A stretch of DNA of 64,000 bases from Synechococcales cyanobacterium VAR_4_metabat_354. Its GTDB lineage: Bacteria; Cyanobacteriota; Cyanobacteriia; Cyanobacteriales; Chamaesiphonaceae. This document shows positions 1-10,092 of the stretch, piece after piece; position 1 is the first letter of the stretch; the number at the start of each line of letters is the position of its first letter. The DNA is taken from contig JANOQI010000016.1 of the NCBI GenBank assembly GCA_031414775.1, positions 256,001 to 320,000 on the forward strand, written 5' to 3'. Both the position numbers and the translations under genes were made by a program. The notes under the pieces were generated by a model that saw only the letters and a list, made by a program, of their open reading frames with translations, was not told the DNA's origin and did not search any database.

Positions 1-1
1 C

Positions 2-319
2 TTGGTCTTTTTCGATCATGCCCGGATGAACGAGGTGGCTCCGGGCTTAGGTAGTGAGAACACCGACATTGTGGATGAGGAAAATTATTTTAGTCAGTTG
101 CAAGCCGTTTATGTGCCGGTGGTCGGTAGATTATTAATGTTTCCAGCCAAGCAAAGACACGCCGTCACCCTCAATGAAACACCAGATCTGAGGGTATCTT
201 TGTCGTTTGACATTGTGTTGACAGCTAAAGATGATGAAGCAGGTACTTACGAATTTCTAGCCCCATCGCCAAAACAGTGGCGGCGCTTTCAAAATACTCC
301 TAATTTGTCTCAAGAGTGA
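2..319 (+). CDS. C-terminal part of putative 2OG-Fe(II) oxygenase (TIGR02466-like), truncated by window edge
   Basis: LLMFPAKQRHAV...RVSLSFD matches the distal His and RxS pattern of the DSBH oxygenase C-terminus. Confidence 0.6.
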   Translation: MVFFDHARMNEVAPGLGSENTDIVDEENYFSQLQAVYVPVVGRLLMFPAKQRHAVTLNETPDLRVSLSFDIVLTAKDDEAGTYEFLAPSPKQWRRFQNTPNLSQE

Positions 320-568
320 CCAATTAGGGGTATGAAAATAGATAACTTGGAATTTTGGAAAATAGCCTAAACATCAGTTTTTATTTTTACATTTTGAATC
401 ATTCATGCTACAAAGCCGGAAAGCATTTTTTATTATTAAATTAAGTTAAAATCTATCCCAGAGATCCAGCCATGCTCAGATTTCACAATTAGCTAATTTC
501 AATTATCTTAAGATGAACAATCTGAAAATCTTCTTGAGTACAAAGTAATATTTTTAATACATGAAAAT

Positions 569-1324
569 ATGAGTAAAGTATCTATTATTACAGTAGTCCA
601 GAATAATTTCAAAACCATCAGTCATGCCATTGAATCTGTTCTCTCTCAAGATTACAAAAACATTGAACATATCATTGTCGATGGTGGATCTACTGATGGA
701 ACAGTAGAAATTATTAAATCTTTCAATGGTAATATTGCTAAATTTATTAGTGAACCGGATCAAGGGATGCCCGATGCGATGAATAAAGGGCTAAAACTAG
801 CGGAAGGAAGTATTATCGGAATTCTCCATTCTGATGATTTTTATGCTAGTAACACCACTATTTCAGAGGTGGTAAGTGAATTAGAAAAAGGTAAATCCGA
901 TATGCTTTTTGGCGATTTGGTATTCGTCAATCCAGGCGAATTAGATAAAGTTGTGAGGTACTATGATTCTGCTAAATGTACCCCAGATAGCTTTGCCTGG
1001 GGCTGGATGCCAGCTCATCCAACTTGCTTTATCAAGAAATCGGTCTATGAAAAGTATGGTGATTTCAAAACAGATTATCGGATCGCTGCTGATTATGAAA
1101 TATTGACCCGATTTATGGCTAAATACCAAGTGCCCTACACTTATATACCTAAAGTTATGGTTAAAATGCGTATTGGTGGTATGAGTACTAGTTCATTCAA
1201 GAATAACTGGCTGAATTGCCAAGAAAGTGTGCGAGCCTGCACTGAAAATGGAATTAGTACTAACATAGTGAAGATATTATCAAAATACTTTACAAAAATT
1301 TTATCTCTGGTCTACATGAAGTAA
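569..1324 (+). CDS. Glycosyltransferase family 2 (WcaE-like)
   Basis: SIITVV, IIVDGGSTDGT, AMNKGL, ILHSDD motifs; AT-rich coding sequence. Confidence 0.9.
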   Translation: MSKVSIITVVQNNFKTISHAIESVLSQDYKNIEHIIVDGGSTDGTVEIIKSFNGNIAKFISEPDQGMPDAMNKGLKLAEGSIIGILHSDDFYASNTTISEVVSELEKGKSDMLFGDLVFVNPGELDKVVRYYDSAKCTPDSFAWGWMPAHPTCFIKKSVYEKYGDFKTDYRIAADYEILTRFMAKYQVPYTYIPKVMVKMRIGGMSTSSFKNNWLNCQESVRACTENGISTNIVKILSKYFTKILSLVYMK

Positions 1325-1353
1325 TATTTTGCAACTCGATCGAATACTTTATC

Positions 1354-2157
1354 TTGTCTGATGTGCCAAGCTTCGTTGGGTCAAAAAATGCGCTGCGGCG
1401 TTGTGGAGTAATACTAATAGCGATCGCCTATTGGTGGATGGGCAGTAGCGCTGTCTGGGCAGGGGAAATAGAAAATCGATTAGTTGCTTTCCCCCACTGG
1501 ACAGCACCAAATAATTTATTAACCGATGGTGAATTAATTTATCCAGAGTGGTTTGCTGGGGAATGGCAAGTTACTAGTATTCTTCAAGAACAGATAGCGC
1601 CTTTGGCTCCCAAGATTATCACACCGGGGTTTGATCGCAACAAAACTAATATCGATCGAGCCTACCAGTTTCGGGTGCGGTTTGGCTCGGAAACCACCAT
1701 GGTGTCTCCAGGCATCTCGATTAGCAATGATACGGCGACGCAGGTGTTAGCTAATCGATCATTTAATGGTCAACAGATTGCAACTGCTTATTTGGGCGAA
1801 AAGGCGGTGGATTCGATTCAAGTAATTAAAAAACCCCAAATCAAGCAAATTACCAAGTTGGCGAGTGGCACCCAGTTGACTTCAGTAATGACGGGCTACC
1901 AAAAAGAGACTAGCCAAAATCATTTTACGGCTACTGAAGTCAATCAGCAGATTTTCCAATGGAAAACCATTTATCTGAATACTGTCGAAACCACTACTAG
2001 CTACCAATTGCTGGCCGATGGTAGCATCACGGCTCAGCAGGTGACGGCGATTTACTTATCACCGCAAGATCCAGAATACTTTAAAGCCTTACAGCGACCC
2101 GTGGCGCTCTATCGGTATAGTCTCAGACTGATCCCAGTTTTGACAAGCAACGGCTAA
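1354..2157 (+). CDS. Conserved cyanobacterial hypothetical protein with N-terminal signal/TM segment
   Basis: 267-aa ORF with LIYPEWFAGEW and YLSPQDPEYF motifs; start uncertain. Confidence 0.6.
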   Translation: MSDVPSFVGSKNALRRCGVILIAIAYWWMGSSAVWAGEIENRLVAFPHWTAPNNLLTDGELIYPEWFAGEWQVTSILQEQIAPLAPKIITPGFDRNKTNIDRAYQFRVRFGSETTMVSPGISISNDTATQVLANRSFNGQQIATAYLGEKAVDSIQVIKKPQIKQITKLASGTQLTSVMTGYQKETSQNHFTATEVNQQIFQWKTIYLNTVETTTSYQLLADGSITAQQVTAIYLSPQDPEYFKALQRPVALYRYSLRLIPVLTSNG

Positions 2158-2543
2158 AAATCGTATTCTTCCCGGACTACCCGAATCAAGCCAACCAGCA
2201 TCAGAATGAATAAAAAGATGGGCATTAGCTCTGCACTACGACTAGGAAATCTGGCCACCAAACCAGCTAAACCAATGTAGAAAGAGTTGCCCCAAGCGGC
2301 CAAAAACAAGGCATAGATAAGGGGGAATGCGGCCATTTGCCAGGGCAGATCTAATTTATTTTGTTTAACCAATCCAGCAAATCCCAGTACCATTAGGTAG
2401 GGTACAACTACTCTGTACACCCAAAACCACAGCCCGACTTTAAAAGGACTGGGAGTCATGAATAGTAAGCCCAAGTATAAAACGCTATTTGCGCTTATTC
2501 CAAACAGCAATAATAGAAAAAAGAGGCGGGTGCTAGCAGCCAT
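2154..2543 (-). CDS. Hypothetical membrane protein (about 4 TM)
   Basis: Hydrophobic 129-aa ORF filling the gap between genes. Confidence 0.6.
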   Translation of the reverse strand: MAASTRLFFLLLLFGISANSVLYLGLLFMTPSPFKVGLWFWVYRVVVPYLMVLGFAGLVKQNKLDLPWQMAAFPLIYALFLAAWGNSFYIGLAGLVARFPSRSAELMPIFLFILMLVGLIRVVREEYDF

Positions 2544-2655
2544 GCTTAAGCTGGGGATAAAGTGCCAAGGATATGATGATATTTACGCCATGAAGTAGAG
2601 TGGTGGCTTCTGAATTAGAATGATTCTCTGTATCAGCACCGCCGGAGTAAGCTAA

Positions 2656-3840
2656 ATGGATCAGAATTTTCCAGAACTGGCTGAATTATATCGTCATACC
2701 TTGTTGCACAATATTATTCCTTTTTGGATGCAGCATTCGATCGATCAGCAACAGGGCGGCTATTTTACTTGTCTCGATCGGACTGGCCAAGTTTTTGACA
2801 CCGATAAATTTATTTGGCTGCAAAACCGTCAGGTCTGGATGTTTGCGACTTTTTATAATCAGATTGAACAGCATCCCGAATGGTTGAAGGTGGCCGCCCA
2901 CGGCGCTGACTTTTTAGCTAAACACGGTCGGGATAGCACAGGGAATTGGTATTTTGCCCTCGACCAGTCGGGTCAGCCGCTGATCCAACCCTATAATATT
3001 TTCTCGGACTGCTTTGCGGCGATGGCTTTTAGTCAATACGCCTTAGCTTCTGGTCAAGACTGGGCTAAAGAAATTGCCCTGCAAGCCTATGGTAATGTGC
3101 AACGCCGTCAGGACAATCCCAAGGGCAAGTACAGCAAGGCTTATCCGGGCACTCGATCGATGAAGTCCTTGGCCGTGCCGATGATTTTGGCCAATCTCAC
3201 TTTGGAAATGAGTTGGTTGTTGCCCAGTGATGAACTTGATCGGGTACTAGACAGCACGATTCAAGAGGTGATGACCGATTTCTTAGACCCAGACCAGGGC
3301 ATTATGTACGAAAATGTGGCCCCAGATGGCTCGCACATCGATTGCTTTGATGGCCGTTTGCTGAATCCTGGTCATGGCATTGAGGCGATGTGGTTCATGA
3401 TGGATATCGCCGAGCGGCGGCAGGACAAACCGTTGATGGAAAAGGCCGTACAAGTGGTGCTGAATATCCTGAATCTTTCCTGGGACAAAGAATATGGCGG
3501 TATTTATTACTTTTTGGATGTCCAAGGCCATCCCCCCCAACAATTAGAGTGGGATCAAAAACTGTGGTGGGTACATGTGGAAACCCTGGTGGCGCTGGCC
3601 ATGGGCTATCGGTTAACTGGCAACCCCCAATGCTGGGACTGGTATCAAAAAATCCATGACTATACCTGGCAACATTTTGCCGATGCCGAGCAGGGAGAAT
3701 GGTTTGGCTATCTCAACCGACGCGGTGAAGTATTGTTAGATCTCAAAGGCGGCAAGTGGAAAGGCTGCTTCCATGTACCCAGAGCAATGCTAATGTGTTG
3801 GCGACAATTTGAGAAATTGGCTAACCACCCACCAGTCTAA
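2656..3840 (+). CDS. N-acylglucosamine 2-epimerase (AGE family)
   Basis: [48 protein letters not shown] motifs. Confidence 0.92.
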   Translation: MDQNFPELAELYRHTLLHNIIPFWMQHSIDQQQGGYFTCLDRTGQVFDTDKFIWLQNRQVWMFATFYNQIEQHPEWLKVAAHGADFLAKHGRDSTGNWYFALDQSGQPLIQPYNIFSDCFAAMAFSQYALASGQDWAKEIALQAYGNVQRRQDNPKGKYSKAYPGTRSMKSLAVPMILANLTLEMSWLLPSDELDRVLDSTIQEVMTDFLDPDQGIMYENVAPDGSHIDCFDGRLLNPGHGIEAMWFMMDIAERRQDKPLMEKAVQVVLNILNLSWDKEYGGIYYFLDVQGHPPQQLEWDQKLWWVHVETLVALAMGYRLTGNPQCWDWYQKIHDYTWQHFADAEQGEWFGYLNRRGEVLLDLKGGKWKGCFHVPRAMLMCWRQFEKLANHPPV

Positions 3841-4791
3841 CCACAGCAGCAACCAGAGCAAAAATACCTGCCGGGTCAGATTTAGCGCTCGATCGATCTG
3901 ACCCGCATCAATAATTTTAGTGTTATCGCCTAATAGTGGCTTAGTTCTCAACTCGCCCTGGTAATAATTAGCGCCCCCTAGTTGCACGCCTAAAATGGCG
4001 GCATAAATACATTCACTCCAGCCGGAATTAGGGCTGGGATCCTGACGGGCATCACGCTGACAAATTGCCAATACTGGAACAGGCCGACCCGATAGTAAGG
4101 CCAAAGTCAGCACCGTGAGCCGACAGGGTAGCCAGGTCAAAACATCCTCCAGTTGAGCACTACACCAACCCAAATCTGTGTAAGGTTCCTGGCGATAACC
4201 CACCATCGAATCGAGGGTACTAGCCGCTTTGTACGCTAAAGCTAGCGGCACCGGACCTACAGCGGGTAAACTGGCTCCCAATAGGGCATAGAACCAAGGA
4301 GCTGTCACTCCATCCGTGGCATTCTCGGCGACGGTTTCGAGGATAGCGCGATAAATTTCGGGGGTGGTTAATTGATCGGTATCGCGTCCCACATACTTCT
4401 TCAGCCGCAGCCGGGCTTCTTCAATATCTCCAGTGGCTAATGGTGCCAAAACATCCTGAGCCGCTTGCCGTAAACTGCGCCCGGCTAGACAACTGGCCAG
4501 CAAAATAATCTCTAAAATCTGCGCTATTACTGGCTGAATGCCCCGGAGAATATTGAAGAACAGCCAACTCCCTAGAGCACTGCCCACTACTAAAACTAGG
4601 AATAAACCGATACCGGAAATTTTTCTAGCGATCGGATGACTCAAATATTTCCAGGTTAGCTTGCTCCATTGATCAATCGCCCAACCTATTACTTGCACCG
4701 GATGCAGCCAGCCCCAGGGATCACCGATTAAATAATCTAGCAATGCTGCCAGGACTAGGGTAAGTGGCCATCCAACCAAAGATTTCAGCAT
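3790..4791 (-). CDS. cbiB: Adenosylcobinamide-phosphate synthase CbiB/CobD
   Basis: [35 protein letters not shown] motifs; 3' end overlaps AGE gene by 51 nt. Confidence 0.92.
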   Translation of the reverse strand: MLKSLVGWPLTLVLAALLDYLIGDPWGWLHPVQVIGWAIDQWSKLTWKYLSHPIARKISGIGLFLVLVVGSALGSWLFFNILRGIQPVIAQILEIILLASCLAGRSLRQAAQDVLAPLATGDIEEARLRLKKYVGRDTDQLTTPEIYRAILETVAENATDGVTAPWFYALLGASLPAVGPVPLALAYKAASTLDSMVGYRQEPYTDLGWCSAQLEDVLTWLPCRLTVLTLALLSGRPVPVLAICQRDARQDPSPNSGWSECIYAAILGVQLGGANYYQGELRTKPLLGDNTKIIDAGQIDRALNLTRQVFLLWLLLWLDWWVVSQFLKLSPTH

Positions 4792-4942
4792 GGCCCAGTT
4801 AAGCAAGAAATATATCGACAGTTAATGGTACAAGATTATTTAAAGGCTAAAGTCCACTTGTATGGATTGATTTAGCTAGTCCGTGCATATGGACTTTTTA
4901 AATGGGGCTTTTAGCCTCAAACTAGTCCGAACTAAGATTAAT

Positions 4943-5341
4943 TTAGTCTGAGCAGCAGTGATGAAAGACGGGTTGCGGCTGGGAGGATTGCCATATTTCT
5001 ACAATCAGGGATTCGATCGCAGTAGGTAAATGAGTAACAAATATTCCTTCGTCGCTTTGGAGGACAGAAGATAGCCAGTAACCTTCGAGGCCAATCTCCA
5101 CCATATCTACATCACAAACCGATAGCGAGATCATGTCGCTGGCTTCATGGAAAATTAAGTGCTCCAAATCTGTCCAAGCACTGACATCAGTGGATAGGCC
5201 AAAGGCGGCATTCATTGGTTCTACGGATACCGTACTTCCGACTCTTACTGCCAGTAAAACGCGCTGGCCAATCCATTTCTCGACGGAAGTAGAGAGTTTT
5301 TCAATGTGTAGATCGGTATCTGTATAAGATAGTTTCAACAT
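4943..5341 (-). CDS. alr0857-family conserved cyanobacterial hypothetical protein
   Basis: MLKLSYT...RVLLAVRVG...EP..AAF and GYWL...EGIFV patterns; AAGGAGG SD upstream. Confidence 0.7.
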   Translation of the reverse strand: MLKLSYTDTDLHIEKLSTSVEKWIGQRVLLAVRVGSTVSVEPMNAAFGLSTDVSAWTDLEHLIFHEASDMISLSVCDVDMVEIGLEGYWLSSVLQSDEGIFVTHLPTAIESLIVEIWQSSQPQPVFHHCCSD

Positions 5342-5780
5342 AAATCGGTTAACCTCCTTTACTCAGCTGCTTTTGAAAGACTGAACGATATAATCCATGA
5401 CATTTCAGTCAGCTGCTGACTGTTGTTTTCATAAATACTTAGAAAGTGATGTTTAGTTTTCGGAAAAGAAAATTAACATACTGCTGTTAGCCAAAGACAA
5501 AAAGCTCATCTGGAAGATCAACCTCCCAGCAGATAAAGAATTTAATATTGCCTTGCTCTAATTACTACAACGATGATGGGACTGATTCCGGAAATCTCCA
5601 AAAATATTTTTTTGAAATTTCGGGGCAGATAAAATAGATAGAATTGAGTCTGGACGGGCTACTTAACTGATAAAGCGTATATTTATATACATTTTGCCAA
5701 ATACCCTACCTATTTCCTAGATCCTGGAGCTGCGCTACAATCGTACTACTAATCCTCTGAACTCCCCGGGAAACAAATTA

Positions 5781-6128
5781 ATGATAATGGGCACGATGGT
5801 CAAACGAATTCCTACTACCGAAATGGAAGTAACTAGCATCCGCTTAGAGCGAGAGCTAAAAGAAAAGCTGAAAGAAATTTCTGGACATCAAGGCTACCAG
5901 GCACTAATTCGAGATGTGCTGTGGCGATTTGTTCAGCAAAAGTCTGGTGAATATCAACAAAGATATACAGCGGCGGATATTCGGGCGACAATGCCAGCGG
6001 TCGCTAAAAGTGAAGAGCGTTGCTGTATTACGGGCAAAGTTATTCAAGCTAATGAATCCATGCTGCTAGGCTGGACAACATCTGGTGATTTGGTGCCTCT
6101 TCACTGTGAAGGCTGGTCGATCGATTAA
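5781..6128 (+). CDS. Ribbon-helix-helix-like DNA-binding protein with C-terminal Cys-containing domain
   Basis: VTSIRLERELKEKLKE..GYQALIRDVL resembles CopG/BrnA-type RHH; C-terminal CCITG. Confidence 0.65.
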   Translation: MIMGTMVKRIPTTEMEVTSIRLERELKEKLKEISGHQGYQALIRDVLWRFVQQKSGEYQQRYTAADIRATMPAVAKSEERCCITGKVIQANESMLLGWTTSGDLVPLHCEGWSID

Positions 6129-6145
6129 AATTTTGGATTTTTAAT

Positions 6146-6186
6146 AAAAAACAGCTCCCTGATTTTTGACAGGGGGCTGTTTTTTT
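6146..6186. terminator. Bidirectional intrinsic terminator between RHH gene and apcF
   Basis: AAAAAACAGCTCCCTG-N8-CAGGGGGCTGTTTTTT hairpin between convergent genes. Confidence 0.8.
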
Positions 6187-6207
6187 GATGAATCTAAGAT
6201 TAGGTTC

Positions 6208-6717
6208 TTAGAGATCCTGTTCGCTAAAATCGCGGGTAATATGATCGAAAGGTACATCGACAAAACTGGTGTCATTCATTCCAGCAGTGGCCAGCTCTTC
6301 CTTGACGATGTCTTTCATAATCTGAATACCTACGACTGTCGGGGCAATTGGTACACCCAGTGAGTTATAAGTTTCCCGCAGACCTTGCAGTACTCGTTCA
6401 TCTAGCACATTGTTATCAGCAGCGACAATAGCATAGCTGGCATAGCGCAGATAGTAGTCCATATCCCGCAGGCAAGCGGCATAGCGACGAGTGGTATAAG
6501 CATTTCCACCAGGACGAATGAGTTCTGGGTTTTCTTCAAAGAGGCGCAAACCGGCACGGCGCACAATTGAGGCGGCGTTGCTGTTAATAATGGAGGCGGC
6601 GGCGATCCGTGCAGCTCCGGTATCAAAGTAGTTTTTTAAGCTATCTAAAGCGTTCCGATCGAAGTATCGGCCAGTGATATCGTAGGACTTAATTAAATTT
6701 GTAACAGCATCCCGCAT
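6208..6717 (-). CDS. apcF: Allophycocyanin beta-18 subunit
   Basis: MRDAVT.LI..YD.TGRY, RPGGNAYTTRRYAACLRDMDYYLRYA; 169 aa. Confidence 0.95.
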   Translation of the reverse strand: MRDAVTNLIKSYDITGRYFDRNALDSLKNYFDTGAARIAAASIINSNAASIVRRAGLRLFEENPELIRPGGNAYTTRRYAACLRDMDYYLRYASYAIVAADNNVLDERVLQGLRETYNSLGVPIAPTVVGIQIMKDIVKEELATAGMNDTSFVDVPFDHITRDFSEQDL

Positions 6718-6826
6718 GAGACTGCTCTCCCAGGAGTAATAAATATATATTTCAGCCTCTAAGTATTGCAGAAAAGCTACAACCTCTGGGAGCCTAACGT
6801 TACAATTCGCAAGGTCAACTAGAGTA

Positions 6827-7114
6827 TTAAGCGCCTTCTAAAGGTGCCATGGTCAATCCAGCACGCCGTAATTGTTGATGATATAGTTCAGCCTGTTCTT
6901 GAGGGCCAACCCAAGCCACTGCTTGACCTTGATCATTAACTTGATGGGTCAATGTCCAGGCGTAATCATCGCTCATGCCCGGAATATAAGTCATCAGGCA
7001 ATGGTGGACATGCTCAAAAGTGTTAAAGTCATCGTCCAGGATAATGACTTTATAATTGGGATAAAGCTGTTTGGTGGTTTCTTTGACCCGATCGGGAGTA
7101 GCAACTGGAGTCAT
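6827..7114 (-). CDS. clpS: Clp protease adaptor ClpS (paralog)
   Basis: YKVIILDDDFNTFEHV, GQAVAWVGPQEQAELY. Confidence 0.9.
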   Translation of the reverse strand: MTPVATPDRVKETTKQLYPNYKVIILDDDFNTFEHVHHCLMTYIPGMSDDYAWTLTHQVNDQGQAVAWVGPQEQAELYHQQLRRAGLTMAPLEGA

Positions 7115-7352
7115 AGGCTTAACAAGTACGTACAGTACGTAGTTTTGGTTTAAACAATTTTAACGAAATTATCGCCTAATCTATTCTTTTTCGAGAGCTT
7201 GGTTTTTACGGCGACGACAGCGATCGGAGCAGTATTTAACCTCATCCCAACATTTTTCCCATTTCTTGCGCCAGGTGAATGGTAAATTACAAACCGAACA
7301 GGTTTTGGTGGGTAGGTCAGATTTGGCTCTTTGTCTGGGCATGGGTGATGGT

Positions 7353-8087
7353 ATGAAATCAGGTTTAGATCAGGTGCGGATAGTTTTGGTGGAACCCGCT
7401 GGGGCACGTAATGTGGGATCGATCGCGCGGGTGATGACCAATATGGGCTTGAGTCAGCTGGTAATTGTGAATCCCCAGTGCGATTTGGGTAGTGAAGAAG
7501 CGCGGCGCATGGCTGTACATGGTCAACAGCTACTAAGCAGCTGTGAGGTGGTTCCAGACTTAAGCACCGCTTTACGGGGCTGTCAACGGGTGGTAGGGAC
7601 AACTTTTCGTCAGGATGATTTACCCAGGTTGCCGCAGCCACCAGCAGTGGCATTGGCTTGGTTATTAGAAATCTCGTCGCCGACAGCGGTGATTTTTGGG
7701 CGAGAAGATAATGGCTTAAGCAATCAGGAGCTAGACTACGCCCAGCGCTATTTGCGGATTCCGGTATCACCGGCTTATACGTCTTTGAATCTAGCACAGG
7801 CGGTTGGAATTTGTGCCTATGAGCTGTTCCAGCTTAGTCAGCAGCCGTTAGTAGTCGAGCCTGTTCCGGCAGTTACCGATCTGGCAACGATCGATCAGCT
7901 CGATCGATATTACCAACAGTTAGAAACGCTATTGCTAGAAATTGGCTATCTACAACCGCAGACGGCACCGAGTCGGATGTCCAAATTGCGGCGCTTGTAT
8001 GGTCGATCGGAGATGTCTGGTAATGAACTCGCCCTGTTACGAGGCATTTGTAATCAGATGACTTGGGCGCTGCGGCAATCCGAATAG
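7353..8087 (+). CDS. SPOUT RNA methyltransferase, TrmJ/TrmH family
   Basis: VLVEP...[32 protein letters not shown] 7353 chosen as likely start. Confidence 0.9.
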   Translation: MKSGLDQVRIVLVEPAGARNVGSIARVMTNMGLSQLVIVNPQCDLGSEEARRMAVHGQQLLSSCEVVPDLSTALRGCQRVVGTTFRQDDLPRLPQPPAVALAWLLEISSPTAVIFGREDNGLSNQELDYAQRYLRIPVSPAYTSLNLAQAVGICAYELFQLSQQPLVVEPVPAVTDLATIDQLDRYYQQLETLLLEIGYLQPQTAPSRMSKLRRLYGRSEMSGNELALLRGICNQMTWALRQSE

Positions 8088-8333
8088 ACGAGATCTATAG
8101 ATTTGATTAGATCTGATGGATCGATCAAAGTGCCATGATTGTTAGTAGCAATCTTGACAATTAATCTTTATTTTTGTTAAGAAAAAATACCAGAAATGCC
8201 CACTAACGGAAGGTTATAATACCTTAAAATCACTTCATTATCAGAAAATCTCCAGCTATCAGTGAAGATAATCTCCAAATATTACTGAATCGGTAATTCA
8301 ACTCTAAAGTGCAATTCATTTGAAATATAATTT

Positions 8334-8999
8334 ATGTTTAAAAATAAAAGTGTACGAGCAAAATTAATTGTAGTATCACTGCTTTTAGTTGGCTTTTTAT
8401 TTTCGACGGTCTTTATCAATCATTTATCGATTCAACAGGTGATCGATCGATCATCCCCCGGTGAACTGAATTTTGTGGTCAAAGCCGATCTGCCAGTCGC
8501 TGAGGCTCAAACTCTAAGGCCACTGCCGCTTATTCCCACCTCTACTAATTCAGTCATAACCACAACTACGCCTGATTCTGAGAAAAAGTTCGTGCTAGAG
8601 CAGAACAGAGTTGTCAGTTTGCTGCTAGTTGTTTTAATTGGAACTTTGCTATTATTGTTTGCGTTTCTTTCGCCAGTGGTTGGCTTATTTTGGCGACCAA
8701 ATACTCAAGATAGTCTCAGAGACAAAGCCTGGTTTTTGACAGAATCTTTTCCTAAACTTCTAGAAGGAGTAAGTATAATTCTGATTGTGATGGTAATTGC
8801 GGTATTAACTTTGGCTGGGGTGCTGGAATCGCAAGGAACTATTAGTATTTTGTCTGTATTAGTTGGTTATGTCCTGGGTCGAAAATCTACTCAATGGGAG
8901 CATTCTTCATCTCATAATCGATCGGAGTCCATGACCAAGTTAGCTACTCAAACTAGGAAGCCTAGTGGTCAGGGAGTAGAAGATGTTTGGAAGGGTTGA
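8334..8999 (+). CDS. Hypothetical membrane protein
   Basis: 221 aa with four hydrophobic segments and a Thr/Pro-rich linker. Confidence 0.65.
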   Translation: MFKNKSVRAKLIVVSLLLVGFLFSTVFINHLSIQQVIDRSSPGELNFVVKADLPVAEAQTLRPLPLIPTSTNSVITTTTPDSEKKFVLEQNRVVSLLLVVLIGTLLLLFAFLSPVVGLFWRPNTQDSLRDKAWFLTESFPKLLEGVSIILIVMVIAVLTLAGVLESQGTISILSVLVGYVLGRKSTQWEHSSSHNRSESMTKLATQTRKPSGQGVEDVWKG

Positions 9000-9066
9000 A
9001 AAATATTTTCACTCTAGACTTGCGCAGAATCACACTTTAATGGTTTAATTATCGTCTGTGCAAATT

Positions 9067-9150
9067 GGGGGTGTGGCGGAATGGTAGACGCTGCAGACTT
9101 AAAATCTGTTGGCTGTAACGGCCGTGCGAGTTCGAGTCTCGCCACCCCCA
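9067..9150 (+). tRNA. trnL: tRNA-Leu (anticodon TAA), intronless
   Basis: GGGGGTG/CACCCCC acceptor stem, GCAGA-CT-TAA-AA-TCTGT anticodon arm, long variable arm, GTTCGAG T-loop. Confidence 0.95.
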
Positions 9151-9260
9151 CTATCATCATTTAAGGAATCAAGAGCAGCGTGATTAACCTGCTGCTCCTC
9201 AAACATTTGGCTAGTTTAACTGAGCTATGATGAAATTATGGTTTCTGGCCTTGGCAAAAT

Positions 9261-9638
9261 ATGGAAACAGATAATCGCAACGTTTTGGGTGAAAAACTAC
9301 GGGTTTGTTGCTTGGTGACAATGACTGGTTTTGCTCGGGATGGTTCGTGCCGGACTGAGACGATGGATACGGGTGTACACGTGGTCTGTGCCCAGGTCAC
9401 AGCGGAGTTTTTGGAATATACCAAGGCACAAGGCAACGATTTGAGTACTCCGATGGGAGCTTACGGTTTTCTGGGATTGAAACCGGGTGACAGGTGGTGT
9501 TTGTGTGCAACGCGGTGGCGAGAAGCCCTGACAGCAGGGATGGCACCGCCGATCGATCTATCAGCGACCCATGCCAAAATGTTGGAATATGTCCCTATTG
9601 AGGTGCTGCGGGAGTACGCTATTGCTACTCCAGATTAA
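9261..9638 (+). CDS. DUF2237 family protein
   Basis: NVLG, TGFARDG.C, G.HVVCA, GNDLSTP, LKPGDRWCLCA.RW. Confidence 0.9.
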   Translation: METDNRNVLGEKLRVCCLVTMTGFARDGSCRTETMDTGVHVVCAQVTAEFLEYTKAQGNDLSTPMGAYGFLGLKPGDRWCLCATRWREALTAGMAPPIDLSATHAKMLEYVPIEVLREYAIATPD

Positions 9639-9688
9639 TTATTGGAGTGGGGCATAATGGAAGTGAGAGTTTGTGGAGGATATCGCCA

Positions 9689-10002
9689 ATGGTTCAGACC
9701 CCAGTTAGACAAATCACTCTGGCGGAATTCTTAGAGTTACTATTGCTCCGAATTGGACGATTGAGGTGCTCTCACCTGGACAAAGTGCTAATAAGGTTTT
9801 AAAGAATATTAATCATTGTTTGGCACATGGTACCCAAATGGGTTGGTTAATTGATCCAGTCGATCGATCTGTTGTCATTTGTCGGATTGGTCGCCATGCG
9901 GAAATCGTGGATGAGCCGAGGGCGATGTTGCCAGTTCCAAATTTTGCTGATTCGGTGCAGATATCGATCGAACAAATATTCGGCTGGCTAAACTTGATGT
10001 GA
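9689..10002 (+). pseudogene. Uma2-family endonuclease pseudogene (internal deletion with frameshift)
   Basis: MVQTPVRQITLAEFLEL from ATG 9689 joins out of frame to IAPNWTIEVLSPGQ...GWLIDP; central region missing. Confidence 0.75.
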
Positions 10003-10092
10003 TCAATATTGCTGAAGCTGTATTATCAAATTCTGGTGAAATCCCCTGAATAAATCTCAAATCTCTTGGATTTTGATTCATATGAAATCAAT

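Noticed and set aside
6827..7114. Two clpS genes as a novelty
   Set aside because: Two ClpS paralogs are normal in cyanobacteria.
7150..7797. 215-aa minus-strand ORF
   Set aside because: Antisense shadow of the SPOUT methyltransferase; no recognisable motifs.
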